A stretch of 64,000 bases of DNA. Source: the human T2T-CHM13v2.0 reference genome, Homo sapiens. Below, piece by piece: positions 13,988 to 28,010 of this stretch (positions within the stretch are counted from its first letter, which is position 1; every line of letters starts with the position of its first letter). The stretch lies in assembly GCF_009914755.1 (NCBI RefSeq), contig NC_060936.1. The stretch is one strand, 5' to 3'. The notes under the pieces are model-generated. The model was given only the letters and a program-made list of their open reading frames with translations, was not told the origin of the DNA and searched no databases. The position numbers were made by a program, and so were the translations under genes.

Positions 13988-15440
13988 CATTCCACACTTT
14001 AAATAGTTCTTACCCTCTTAAATTCTAATGATGCAAGATTTCTGTGACCACGTTCCTATTGAACCAATTGGCTGCTTTCATGTCTTCATGAAAATTGATC
14101 ATACCTTTTTGTCTTTGTAGAAGGAGAAGATTTTATCTTTGTAACTATGTCTCCTATAGTAGGTTGATATTTCCCTGGGTCGCAAGCAGTATGGCATATA
14201 AACATGAGAAGGTAGTTATAGAATACATTGCTTAACAATGAGCAATTCTTAGGCATTACTAATGACAACTTGAAACTATTTAGGCAGAAGGGCTCTTAGT
14301 ACAGATAAAATGACCATCCTTCCAGAAGATATAAGCTGTATAATTGAACTGGAATAATTGTTGAACATGGTATCCTTTTCTTTTCTGCTTGATATGTCAT
14401 ATTTTGGCAAATGGACATAATCATTTACTAAGTAGCTGATATACTTTAGCAACTTCACAGTGACAACTTTTTGACTCATAAGTTACTAAGAACCAATCAA
14501 AGATAAAAGGTAATATTATAATATTCTTACAATTTTTTAATGTCACATAATTCTATGTAACTAAATTGTATTGAGACGAATGTATCGGATTATGTTGTTT
14601 GTTGTTTTATAGGTTTCTTCTCGTTTTTGTTTTCTTTTGTTGTTGTTTTGCTTTGTTTGGCTTGGTTTGGTTTGAGTTTAGGTTTGCTTACTTCAGTGTT
14701 TTGGACTGTGCTGACATAGAGAGTCTACACACAAGTTTGGGTCACTCAGCTAACTTAAGGAATTATCTCAATGAGGCTGGGTATATAATGGAGCAAACAT
14801 ACATATGAACTATCTAATATGATTGTTACAAACGTTAAATAACTTAATACGAGGTAAAGTATTTTGACCACTGCTTGGTACGCAGTAATCATTCAATAGC
14901 ATTCTTTCTTTCTTTTTTTTTTTTTTTGAGTCTTATAATTAATAATAGCATCACTTCGTGGGTCACGTACCTTTGCTTTTCTCTTGTGCAAACTTATCCT
15001 TTATAGCCTAATGATCAATAAATATTGGACATCAGTACTAGAAAACTATCTCAATGTTTATGACCTAATTACATCAACCAAGTGGGTAAATTTGTAAAGA
15101 GATTGGACCAATTGAATAAGTATATATATGTGAGGTGTGTGCATTTCCATCTTGTGTGGTGGGGGAGAGAGAGAGGTTGGCCTGTGTGTATTCTCATTCG
15201 TAATCTCTATAGGATATTCTAAATCTGAGCTGTCATTTAAATTATGTTTTAATAATGTGGCTCATAGGTACAAGGAATTTGATTAATCAGAATTGGAAAG
15301 AAAAAATTGTGTAGCTTAACTTGTACATCTTTGTTTCCCTGAAATCTACTCACCATGCCACAGCCAAAAATGATGTTTCAAAAATTCAGGTCTGATCAAG
15401 TAGAATTGCCCACCCGGCTTAACAATTTTTAATGACTTCC

Positions 15441-15787
15441 TTTTTCATTTTATTGTGGTAAGAAGAGTTAACACAATATCTCTAGAATTAATTCATCTTC
15501 ATAAACTGAAACTTCATACCAATTGAACAACTCCCCAGTTCCCCTTGCCCCTAGTCTCGGGCAACCACCATTCCATTTTTTGATTCTATGAGTTTGACTA
15601 TTTTACCTGTCTCATAAATTAGAACCATGAAGTATTTGACCTTCTGTGACTGTCTTATTTCACTTAGTGTAATATCCTCAAGTGTCATTCATGTCGCTGT
15701 ATATTATAGGAATTCCTTCTCCTTGAATACTGAATAATATTCAATCGCATATATATATATATGACATTTTCTTATCCATTTATCTGT
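15441..15787 (-). mobile_element. L1MA/L1MB 3' end, antisense
   Basis: GGCAACCACCATTC...TATGAGTTTGACT...CTTCTGTGACTG...ATTTCACTTAG, an antisense L1M 3'UTR. Confidence 0.88.
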
Positions 15788-15806
15788 ATTCTTAAAATAT
15801 GTTTAT

Positions 15807-16559
15807 CATAGGGAAAAACATCATGACATTGGTTTTTGCAATGATTTCGTGAGTCTGAAAATAAAATTACGGGCAACAAAAGCAAAAATAGCAAATGTGA
15901 CTACATTTAGCTAAAAAGTTTCTGCACAGTAAAGGAAACGATGGCGTGAAAAGACTACCTACAGAATGGGAGAAAATGTTTGCAAACCATAGATAATGAT
16001 GGGTAAATTTTTAATGTAGGAACTCCTACAAATCAATAGCAAAAAAAACACACTGACAACCCAATTTAAAAATGGCCTAAATACCAGAACAGACATTTCT
16101 TTAAAGAAGACATACAGTTAGCTAGCAAATATATGAAAAGATGCTCAGCCTCACAAATCATTAGGAAAATGCAAATCAACACCAGAGATATCACCTCACA
16201 CCTGTTAGGATGGCCACAAACAAAACAAAAACAAAACAAACAAAAAAACAGATGCTGGCAAGGTTGTGGAGAAATTGAAACCCTTATATGCTCTTGGTGA
16301 AAATGGAAAAAGGGTTCAGCTGCTAAAAAAGCAAGAGGAGGCTTCTCAGAAAATTAAAAGTAGTGCTATTATATGATTCAGTAATATCACTCCTGGGATT
16401 TGGTCAAAAGAATTAAATCAGGATACCAAAGAGACATTAGCACTCCCATATTCATAGCAGCAGTATTCACAATAGCAAGATGTGGAAATAACCTAAATGT
16501 CCATTGACAGATGAATACATTTTTTAAATGTAGTATATACATACAATGGACTACTGTTC
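15807..16559 (+). mobile_element. L1M ORF2 3' region, sense (inverted relative to its neighbour)
   Basis: GCAACAAAAGCAAAAATAG...ACAGAATGGGAGAAAAT...GGAAAATGCAAATCAA...CACCTGTTAGGATGGC, L1 ORF2 C-terminal region. Confidence 0.92.
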
Positions 16560-18149
16560 CACTCTCACTTTGCTTTCTGTGCTTCAGCTGTCCCCGGCAC
16601 ATGCTCACTCATTTTGGAGGAATCTTTGGCATTCTGAATCATCCTCCTATAACACTTTCCCATCCAGGCCCCACCCAACTAATTTTTAATCATAATTTAG
16701 ATCTCAACACAAAGGCTGGCACAAAGGTAAGTCCCAAAAATATATGTAGGATGAATGAAAAAAAGATGAATGAATAATTAATTGAATGTGTATTTTCTCA
16801 GAGGCTCTGGAATAAAGTATAATTTGAAAAGTTTTCATTAGTAGTTTTTCCTCTATTTGAGTTAGTTTTATATTAGAATTATGTCAAAACCCAACTTAAA
16901 GCTTCCCTTTCTTATATTTCATAATCATGTATCTGAATGTTTAAGATTCTTAGCAGGGTAACAGAGAAAAGAAATCCTTTATGTGCTACTATTTTCTTTT
17001 AAAATTTAGGGTTACTGCATTAAGCAGGGGAGGATAATACATACTCTCTTTAGAATTTTGGACGATTTGAGATAAGGCCCAAAACTTAGCTCACTGAAAA
17101 TGGAATTACTGCACATATCAAAACTACACTGAATGGTCACAATTGAAATAGTGAATATGCTGCATATGGCATAAACTATTTTACTATTTGTGCTCTAAAG
17201 TGTTATAAAACTGTAGTCATACAAAGATACTAAAGTTTAAAAATCTTAAAGTAAAAGAATTCCTGTAAGTGTTATGACCTTAATCCCCTGCAACTGTCTC
17301 AGTCTCCTCTCACAGCAGTCTTGGTTGTTTAGAGTGAGTAATTGAGACAAAAATAATTCTTTTGAAAGAAAAAACATTTGAGCCTCAAATGCTGATAACT
17401 TTTCTTCTCCTCTTAGAAGAGCAAAAAGAAAGAAAGATACAACCTCTGCACTTTACTTTTATATATAACAAGGTTGTTGTGGTCAAATAAATGTGAACAG
17501 TTTAGAATTCTATAAAATTATAAAATACTGATGTAAATAATAATATTTTATTATTAACTATTATTAATGCAAATATATTCTGATATGCCACTGAGGAAAG
17601 TGATACATTTTATGCACACTAAATAAAAATAGGCCCAATCTGACAATGAGAAATTATTCCTAATCTTATTTCTAAGCTTTGTAAAATTTGTAAATTTAAA
17701 TGATTCAAAAATTTTATATTCACTTTAATCTTCCTCTATTTGTTAGTTCCTCACCATATTGGAAATCAATATTTGTTGTCTGATATATTTCTTAAATAAT
17801 ACGAATTAAATATTGTGAGATGTTTTAGGCCTTTAAGAGATATCATTTTTCCTTTTCAGTTTATGAAAATGCTAGTTGCCATTTTATATGTACAGATTAG
17901 GCAGCTACTATGAGCATAGAACAATAATACTAAGCAAGTGATGCACAACCTCTGCTCTCCTGGAGCATATAGTCTATAATCCTCTGTTTCCAGCTTCCTA
18001 CTGAATATTTGTGCTTGATTTTCCTATTGGCATTTCAAATATATGATATTTAAGTTCAAATCAAATACATGTGTTCCCCTCAAATCTACATCTAGTGCTA
18101 ATACTTACAATCTTTACAATTATAACCTAGTAAATCAAATATCACTTTA

Positions 18150-18300
18150 ACTAGTCTTTGAGGGAAACCACTTTTTGAGAGTTTTCACAGGTGAGAAACA
18201 GGAGGCTTAATGGGGCTCAGCCACTTGCCAACAATCACATAGTTAATAAGTCCCAGAGCTGACACTTGAGCCAAGATCGGTCTCCAGGCCCCATTACCAT
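18150..18300 (-). mobile_element. MIR SINE
   Basis: TTTTCACAGGTGAGAAACAGGAGGCT...ACTTGCC...ATCACATAGTTAATAAGT. Confidence 0.75.
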
Positions 18301-18372
18301 CATGTGATACTCTCTCATCAAAGATCTCATGTTGCGTGGAGCCTAGTAAATCATCAAAAATATTCTGGAATA

Positions 18373-18723
<351 letters not shown>

Positions 18724-19689
18724 TTACTATATCTATTTTCTGTTTTGTTGACAAGGTAGTGGGAAGGGACCAACATTTGCTGAACATTAAACATTTACAT
18801 TTATTTGTAATCATTTATTTGTTTATTTGTTTATTTTTTGTATTATTTATTTATTGTATTTATTTGTTATTATTTGAATCGTTTATTTGTCATATATCAT
18901 CCCATCTTATCCTCTTAACTCTAAGATTGGTACCCTTATCATCATTTTAAAGAAGTGAAAACCCAAGAAATTGAACAATTTTCTCTAGGCCAGTGTGTGT
19001 TAAAGTCACACACTGACTTTAGACAGACAATTCCAAGTCTGCCTAATTCTAATGACTTAAATCTACTACACCATCTTGCTGATCCATTTTGCCTAGCAAA
19101 CTATAGAGAGTAGTTTCCTTCTTCACATTTTTAGCGTTTCAAAAGATGTATGGCAAACATTTCTTCCATATTACTTATATCAGGTAAGTCAGAATAAAAA
19201 AGTTGATGAGGTGTCACCTATTTACTTACAGTGCCTCAGCCTGAACCCAGGAGCATGATTCAAAAATTCAGGCATGTGTGTTAATTTCCCACTACATCCT
19301 TTTGATATGATGTTGGAGAAAGCACTTATTCCTTCTGTATCCTACAGATACATATAAAGCATACCAAAAAGTTAATATTCATAAAAGCATTTTCTTGCCA
19401 AAAATAGATAAATTTAAGAGAAATCATTGTTGATTTCTGAGTTACATGTAAAGTCAATATATGCTGCTAAACTCTCTTTAACTTTTCCAGTATGTTACAG
19501 TTTTTAACAATCTGTTGTTCAAAAACTAAATACCAGAGGTATATAAAATATTAGATAATATTTGAGCATAAACTGTTGAAGGCAACAGCATAATTTTATT
19601 TCCTTATGCCATAATAGAGCATCACATCTCAGTCAGCCTACCCCAATGATGACATATTTTCTGAATTGTTTTTACCCACACATCTTATG

Positions 19690-20740
19690 CTCAATTTAAC
19701 AAATATTTATTAAGTGCATAGTTGGCAAGGTGACACTATGGAGGAGATGAAAAAGACTAAGGTATCATTTGTGCCCTTGAGGAATTAATAATCTGACGGC
19801 AAAAGCTGACATGTATACAATCAACTGTAGTATTTGAAAGGATAAAGTAAGTCCTTTAATAGCAATATAAACTGCTCGGCTAGTATTGAGAGAGCAAGGC
19901 TAGAGGGCAGAGCAATGTGAAGCTTGGATTGAAGTGGCAGGATATTAAAGGCAAGACATCAGTTATGAAGCTAAAGCATATATAGGCAATAACATGATAA
20001 CAGCCTGAATTAGTCAGTGGACTGATAGAATAGAAGGAAAAGGAATACCAGGGGCATTTCACTGGAAGAATCAATAGTATGTGACAATTAGATGTGAGAG
20101 TGGAAATTAGGAGGAGTCAAAGATAAATTCAAGTTTTCTTATCAGATACTGGGCTAGGAAACACAAAATAAGAAAACTGTGGGAGAAGCATATGACATTT
20201 CATTTGAGGTTTGTGGGTTTAATATACCAGCAAGCCATCTATGAGCAGATAGCCATCAGTGGGAAATTTGAGTCTACAGTACAGTAAAGAGACCAGCAGC
20301 AAAGATATACAGCATAGCAGTAATTGGAGTACATAGAAGATTATAGAAATAGGAAAGTGCCGAGGATAAAAACTTGGGGGAAATTAAACACAGATATGAT
20401 AAAGGAAGAGTAAGCAGAAAAATACACTGAAGTAGAACACAAAACTAGAAAAAACAAAATGTGTGTGCATTGACACGGAACCAAAATTTTGAAACAAAGA
20501 GTGAAAAGAAGCTCAACAATATTAACAATGTAGAGGAGTTCGGAATTGAGAACGAGGTATGGGATTTGACAACCAGGACTTTTGTGATGACTTTAGTAGG
20601 ATGGAATGGGGAACCTAGATTACTAAAGATTACATATCTATATATGGAAGTAAATGCATAAAAATTTACTATGAAAATTTAATTGTAAATAGGAGAAAGA
20701 GGAGTATATGGTTAAATAGGATGCAATGTGGAATTAATAT
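19690..20740 (-). mobile_element. Long degenerate L2
   Basis: Begins CTCAATTTAACAAATATTTATTAAGTGC; purine-rich antisense L2 body including GGAGTCAAAGATAA and GGGATTTGACAACC. Confidence 0.7.
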
Positions 20741-20810
20741 TTTGACTCAGTATGGAGAAAATTGAACATACTTGTGAACCAGTAGGGAACAGAAATAGAG
20801 AAAAATGTAG

Positions 20811-20991
20811 CAAGAATTCTTAACCCAAAATCACGGATTAGGAGTCTATTAGGTTGTTTTTGATCTCCTGCAAGCCTAGGCAATATATTGAATGTACATG
20901 TAGTTTTATTGGAAGAGTCATCACATTCTCATAAAGATTCATACACCCCTCTAGCCCCCACCACCCTCAAAAGGAAACTTTGGAATCTCTG
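20811..20991. mobile_element. hAT-Charlie-type non-autonomous DNA element
   Basis: CAAGAATTCTTAACC...GGAATCTCTG termini resemble degenerate Charlie/MER TIRs. Confidence 0.45.
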
Positions 20992-21384
20992 AAATATGTA
21001 GACAGAGTATTTTATGAGCAATGCCCAAGGGAACAAGATGAAATGCATTTGAGAGGATGTATATTCTACACTATTTCATTGAAAGTTCATCTGTGAATTT
21101 CAAGTGTTCCCTGTAAATTTAAAACACATTTAAAAGGAGTAACTCATATCTCTTAATTTACTCTGAATCTTGAGAAGAAAATAGATCTAAAAGGATCTCC
21201 ACTGTATTCATTAGTTCAACAAATGATTGTTGAACACTTCCCAATCTGGGGCATGCATAGTGCAGAGTGTACTTCAACAATTAAGCAGGATACCTAATTA
21301 ACCCAGACTTTAGAGGGACCATGCCAAAGTAGGGTTCAGTAATATTTTAGCAGACATAATATCTAAGCTCAGGCATGAAAAATC

Positions 21385-22440
21385 CATTCACTCAACAAAT
21401 ATTTATATGGTGCTCATATAGGCCAGATACTATCCAAGATGCTGGTATCATGTGTGTGAATAAGACAAAGTGCCTGCCCTCATGCATTGTATGAAAGAGA
21501 GAAAATAAACAAATGAACAAGTAAACAAATTCTATAATCATGTAGTGATAAGTGTTATAAAGAAAATATATATGCAGTGACCCTTCTGTATCCACAGGTT
21601 CAACATCCTTGGATTCAACCAATCATAGATCAAAAATATATTTTTTAGAATTTGAACATGTAGAGACTTTTTCATGTTCTATTTCCTGAACAATAGACTA
21701 TAACAACTATTTACATGGCATTTACATTGTATTAGGTATTATAAGTAATCTAGAGATAAAGTATACTGGAAGATGTACGTAGGTTATATTCAAATACTAC
21801 AACATTTTATATCAGGGTCTTGAATAGCCAAAGATTTTAGTATTTACAGGAGGTCCTGGGACCAATCCCCAATAGATACTGAGGAATGACTGAATAAGAT
21901 AAAGGTACAATGGCAATGGAAGACTTCCCTACAAAGGTGACATTCGGAAAAAGACCGCAATAAATAAAAGAATAAGCCAGGTTAACATCCAGAGGAGGTG
22001 GAGGGAAGAGCAAATGCAAAGCCCTGGGTAAAAACATATCTTGGTTGGGCTTCAGGAATGACCAATGTGGCAAGAGCAGTTTGAGGAGGACAGAGAATGG
22101 TAGATAAGGCCAGCAGAGCCATTATGGGCCATGGCAGGGGATCAGGATAGGAATAAGTCAACTTGGGATTGGAAGGAGTAGCTTGGATTGGAAGGAGTAG
22201 CATGACTTATTCCAGAAGTTTGATTTGACTGTGATATAATGAGGGGAGTGTGGTGAGATGAAGTAGGAGAAGTCAGCAGGACCCAGGAAATAAAGGGCAT
22301 TATAAACGTAAGTTATCATCAGAGCAAAGGTGAGCCACTGAAGATTTTAAATGGGGAGGTGACGTGCTTTATCAGTCTTGCATTTTGAGTATTGCATTTT
22401 CACTGGATATATTATAGAAAATGCCTTGGCAGATGATCAA
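21385..22440 (-). mobile_element. L2 (L2a-like), interrupted by MER2
   Basis: CATTCACTCAACAAATATTTAT...GACAAAGTGCCTGCCCTCATG; resumes after 21892 with GCAAATGCAAAGCCCTG. Confidence 0.8.
21575..21892. mobile_element. MER2 (Tigger-derived MITE)
   Basis: TIRs CAGTGACCCTTCTGTATCC / GATACTGAGGAATGACTG; internal TTTACATTGTATTAGGTATTATAAGTAATCTAGAGAT. Confidence 0.88.
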
Positions 22441-23488
22441 GATTGTCTTCAAGGATAAAATTTACAAGTAAAGGCCCAGGATTCGATGTCTATTGCTCTT
22501 TCTACTAGTACTTTCTTTCCTAATAATGGGAATGATTATGTACTCAAGTATATTAGGAAAATTAATCTGAAACTGGTGTTTCAGATGAAGGGGAAGTAGA
22601 AGATTATTCCAGAGTTTGTTACAGTATCTAAGTATAAAGTGGTAAAGATCTCAGTCAGTCCACTCAATGTATTAATGATGGAAATTGAGAGAAAAAGGTG
22701 AGTTGCTGCTAGAGTCATAGAAGAAAGAATTGATAGACTTGTGCCTGATTACAGAAAGAAAGGAAAAAAGCAAAGATGACCTCATGTGGTATTAATGACT
22801 AAAGACATTGTTATTTGTATTTGTGGGCCTAGCCCATTGCAAACCTCCAATAAACCCTACTTAAAGTGAATAAATGAACACAGGACCAAGTGAGAAATAA
22901 AGAAAGCAAGGTTATGGGAACTGGTTTTAGTTTTAGGCATCTTATATTTGAATAGAATGGGTAAAGACAGTTGCCTAAATTTTAAAAGGTTATCAGTATA
23001 TTAGTTTCATTTTACATCCTGGACTAACTCAGTAGTATTATAAACATGAGTCAGTTTAGCTAGGTGCACCTATGTTTCAGCAATACACAGAAAAAAAATA
23101 AGACAGAGACATGTTTAAGAGCAAGGTCTTGAAGCGTGATAGCCAGGGTTCAAATCTCAGCTCAACTTCCTGTTAGTGTGACCTTGAGAAAAGTATGTAA
23201 TTGTTATATTCCTATTATCTTCTTCAGAGGATAGCAAAGATGTGATAAATAATCTGCTACCACTAGCCTTTAGCACATACACTATAAATCAGGTTTGCAG
23301 ATCAAAGACATCACTGAGTAACTTAATTACCCAAGATTCTCAACCGAGAAATAAACCCAATATGGCTTATTATGAGCTACACATTTTAATTGGATTAATT
23401 ACCCAATCCTCATAACAGCAATGTTGGAGATTTACTATTATACCCATTGTTTTTGTTTGTTTTCTAGATGATGAAATCAAGAATTATA

Positions 23489-23737
<249 letters not shown>

Positions 23738-25687
23738 ACTGTTCAATAGATCATGTGAGTTAAAAATTTTCTCTCATCATAATTACTTTCAGCAAATCTC
23801 TAGACTAGATTCCTTTCTTAACCAAATTTATCTTATAAAGATGTCCAAACTTCTTTTGAATAATTTAAAAATAAAATTTGAAAAATAAATTTACAAAAGA
23901 TAAAAGAAATACATTCATCTGTCCTCACTAACAAAGGACTAGAGAAAGTGAAGGCAATTCAGTTGAACAAAAACAGGTTGTTAAAATTCACAGCATAGTC
24001 TGTGTTGAGATTTTAGAAATAATAAAAAAAAGAGTAGATGCATTGTTCCATGGATTAAATCAGACAAGAGAGCTAAGCTTTTCAATTCACTTTTCTGAAC
24101 AATTCACAAAGAAAAATTATATAAAGTTTCTTGTGTCTTTCATTTCACATTGAATAATATGGTAAACAATTTTTCCTAACATTTTTGATAAGAAAACAAA
24201 CAAATTTTATTTTTAATAATGAAGCTAAAACGTGTATTTCTACGTATTTTATACTATTTTAACTTTGTGATTCTAGAGGCAAATAAAGTCTTATGATGGC
24301 TTGACTTGGACTATATATTATAGCAGAGGCAATGTATAATGAAAAGGGCACTTTTCACTGACTAGACTGAGAATCAATAGATATGAATGATACTTCAACT
24401 ATACTACTAATACGCTGTGAGACTTTGGGCAAGTAAATTCAATTTCTGAACACTGTTTTCAAGGAAGGGAATCATTGACCCCTTTTAAGGGTCTGGTGAA
24501 AATGCATAAACATGTATAATTTTACAAAATATTTCAGGAGGTTTGCAGACTTCTAGGAATTAAAGTTCCTATTAATAGGTAATTAAATGAAGAAATACAT
24601 AATCCTAATGTCTGTTTTACATTCTGTTTCTAATACAATTTGTAATCATTTAATTGTAAATGATTTCTTAAACTAAGAACAAACAATTGAACGGTGTAGG
24701 TGAAAGTCTCGCTCTTCTATTTTCTCCCCCATTTGCTGCCTTTGACCTTTTAAACTAAGATTCTTCTTATGTAAATATCATGTAAGATATCTTGCCACAA
24801 AGAATATTTCAGTGTAATTATTCCTTAAATATTCATGTCTCAGGTAATTAGCTGATATATCATCTGTGATTTGCTTATACGTAAGGTCAAAAACCTAAGG
24901 TAATGCATCATAAACTAATCATTTATATTTTCTTTGCCAAGGTTCACTGAATCTTTTAACCTACATTGACTACGATAAAGTTAATTTTCCATATTAAAGT
25001 AATATTCAAATTAGACTTTTAAAAATTATGCTATGGGAAAAAACGAACACACAGAAGTTAAAATTAAGGGTGCCATAAGCAAATAACTTGGCAGCTTTTC
25101 TCAGCAAAAAAAAAAATATATATATATATTTATGAGGCACATTTCTCTAAATTATTTAAGTTGGTGTATTAAACCAATTTATATCTAATCCAGTGAAATT
25201 TATGTCACATATGTTCATTAGGAGAAAATAATTGATAAATTAAGAAACACTTCACTGTGAAAAATCTATTAATATTCCTAACTCATTCGATTTTTTTTTC
25301 ACCTTTGAGTTTTTATGAACTTATTTCTATGCCATAACAATATAATATAGATAAGTATAAAATACATACGTTTGGCTTAAGTTATATCCCCACCAGTCTC
25401 CCTATCAAATAAAGGGTGCCAGACAGTCTGCTATCTGCATTTATCTCTAAACTGAGAATAACTAAAGGATTCAGAATTTTATGTAAACATCAAGACAATG
25501 GGCTTAAAATAATTGAATCTTACTCTACAATAATCGAACTTAAAGTCTCAGAGAAATATGTTAGTTAGGACAAACGTATTTTGCTTTCCCATTAGCCTCT
25601 TTACCTTCTATTTTTCATCAATTTGTTTTGCCCAATCGGGTTTTATTTACACCTTTTTAATAAACTACAACAACTCTAACAACTGTT

Positions 25688-26014
25688 TCTTTTAAATTTA
25701 TTTTTTAATTCACAGGAAAAATGATATGTATTTACATGCACAACATGATGTTTTGAAGTCTATGTACATTGTGAAATGACTAACACTAGCTAATTAACAT
25801 ATGCATTACCTCAAATAATTACTGTTTTTGTGGTAAGAACACTTTACATCCACTCTTAGTATTTTTATGACTACCTCATATTATTAACTATACTCACCAT
25901 GTTGTACAGTAGATCTCCTGAACTTATTCCTTCTAACTGAAATTTTGTTTCTTTTGGTCAACATCTCCCCAGCCCAACATCTAAACACCCCAGGCCCTGA
26001 TAACCGCCATTCTA
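25688..26014 (-). mobile_element. L1MA 3' end, antisense
   Basis: CAACATGATGTTTTGAA...TAACATATGCATTACCTCA...CACCATGTTGTACAGTAGATCTC. Confidence 0.88.
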
Positions 26015-26178
26015 TGGAGGCTTCTCAAGAAATTAGAAATAAAACTACCATATCATCCAGCAAGCCCATTACTGGGTATATATCCAAAGGAAATGAAACC
26101 AGAATGTCAAAGGGGTATCGCCATTCCACTACATATTGCAGTATTAATCACAGTAGCCAATGTATGGAATCAACCTAA
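26013..26178 (+). mobile_element. L1MA ORF2-end fragment, sense
   Basis: TATGGAGG...AACTACCATATCATCCAGCAA...CTGGGTATATATCCAAAGGAAATGAA...TGGAATCAACCTAA. Confidence 0.88.
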
Positions 26179-26491
26179 AGAATGTTTTTAATGACAAACA
26201 ACCAGGAACACATTTTGTTAATCTAATGTGCTCCAACTTACTACACAGGTTGACCTTGCATAAAAGTAACTTTACAAGAATATTAGCACTAAATAATTCC
26301 TAACATCTTGGAGACAATTTTCAAAATAATGCGTTTGTTTACTCATTCAAGATGTATTTACTGAGCTACCACTGTTATATGCCAAGTGATGTTCTAGGTC
26401 CTAGACATGTAGCAAAAACCAAACTGAAAAAAAAATTAACTCTTGTAGATTTTCAAAGCAACTATAGCAGCAAGAGGAAGAGACGAACACC

Positions 26492-26498
26492 AAAAAAA

Positions 26499-26538
<40 letters not shown>

Positions 26539-26541
26539 TAT
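26492..26541. repeat. Poly-A run followed by (TA)n
   Basis: Read directly; abuts the Tigger3a TA target site. Confidence 0.95.
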
Positions 26542-26542
26542 G

Positions 26543-27288
<746 letters not shown>

Positions 27289-27379
27289 CTGAAAATTATT
27301 TTTTAAACCAATATAATAGTTATTCCTGAGAATAGGTACAAGAATTTTTTTAATCATGATAAATTTCATATCCTACCCC

Positions 27380-28010
27380 TCTTCATTCCTGCCTCCACCT
27401 CAATCCATTCTTCAAAGAGCAACTAAAGAAATTAGATCGTCCAGAGGCTTCTCGTGATCCTCCTTGCATAGACCCTTCAGCACAAACTCACCCATGCCCG
27501 CCTCCAGCTTCATCATCCTCCGTGTTTCTCTAAACTCACTATATTCAAGCCATAGTAACTTTTTATTTTTTTAAGTCTGTCAAACGTTTAATGCTCCTTC
27601 CTGCCTTGGGTCTTCACACATATATTGTTCCCACGTTGCGCCCACCCCCACCTCCCTGATCCCACCCCACCCCCAAACCCGACTAACTCCTGGTCACTTT
27701 TTAATACCGAAGTGTGATTTCTGCATGGAAGCCAGTTCTCCATGAGGTTCCTCTGTTTTCACTCTTCAAGGGTCTTTACCTATCCTTTGGGAACTTACTA
27801 CTATTTAAATTATGTAAACACTTATGTTATACTCTGTATATTTATCAAATACCCCTCCTCAGATTGCAAGTTCTGCAGGACGAGTTCAGAGAAGGGGTGG
27901 AGGCAGTTGTTTCTCTCCTTGGCCAGTGTACTTTCACTGCTTTGCACCCTGCCTGGCATAGACTAGGCATTTAGAAAATTGTTCCTGAGAGAATTAAAGA
28001 ATAAATTTCA
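27380..28010 (+). mobile_element. L2 3' region
   Basis: CAATCCATTCTTC...CTTCCTGCCTTGGGTCTTCACACAT...TGCCTGGCATAGACTAGGCATTTAG. Confidence 0.72.
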
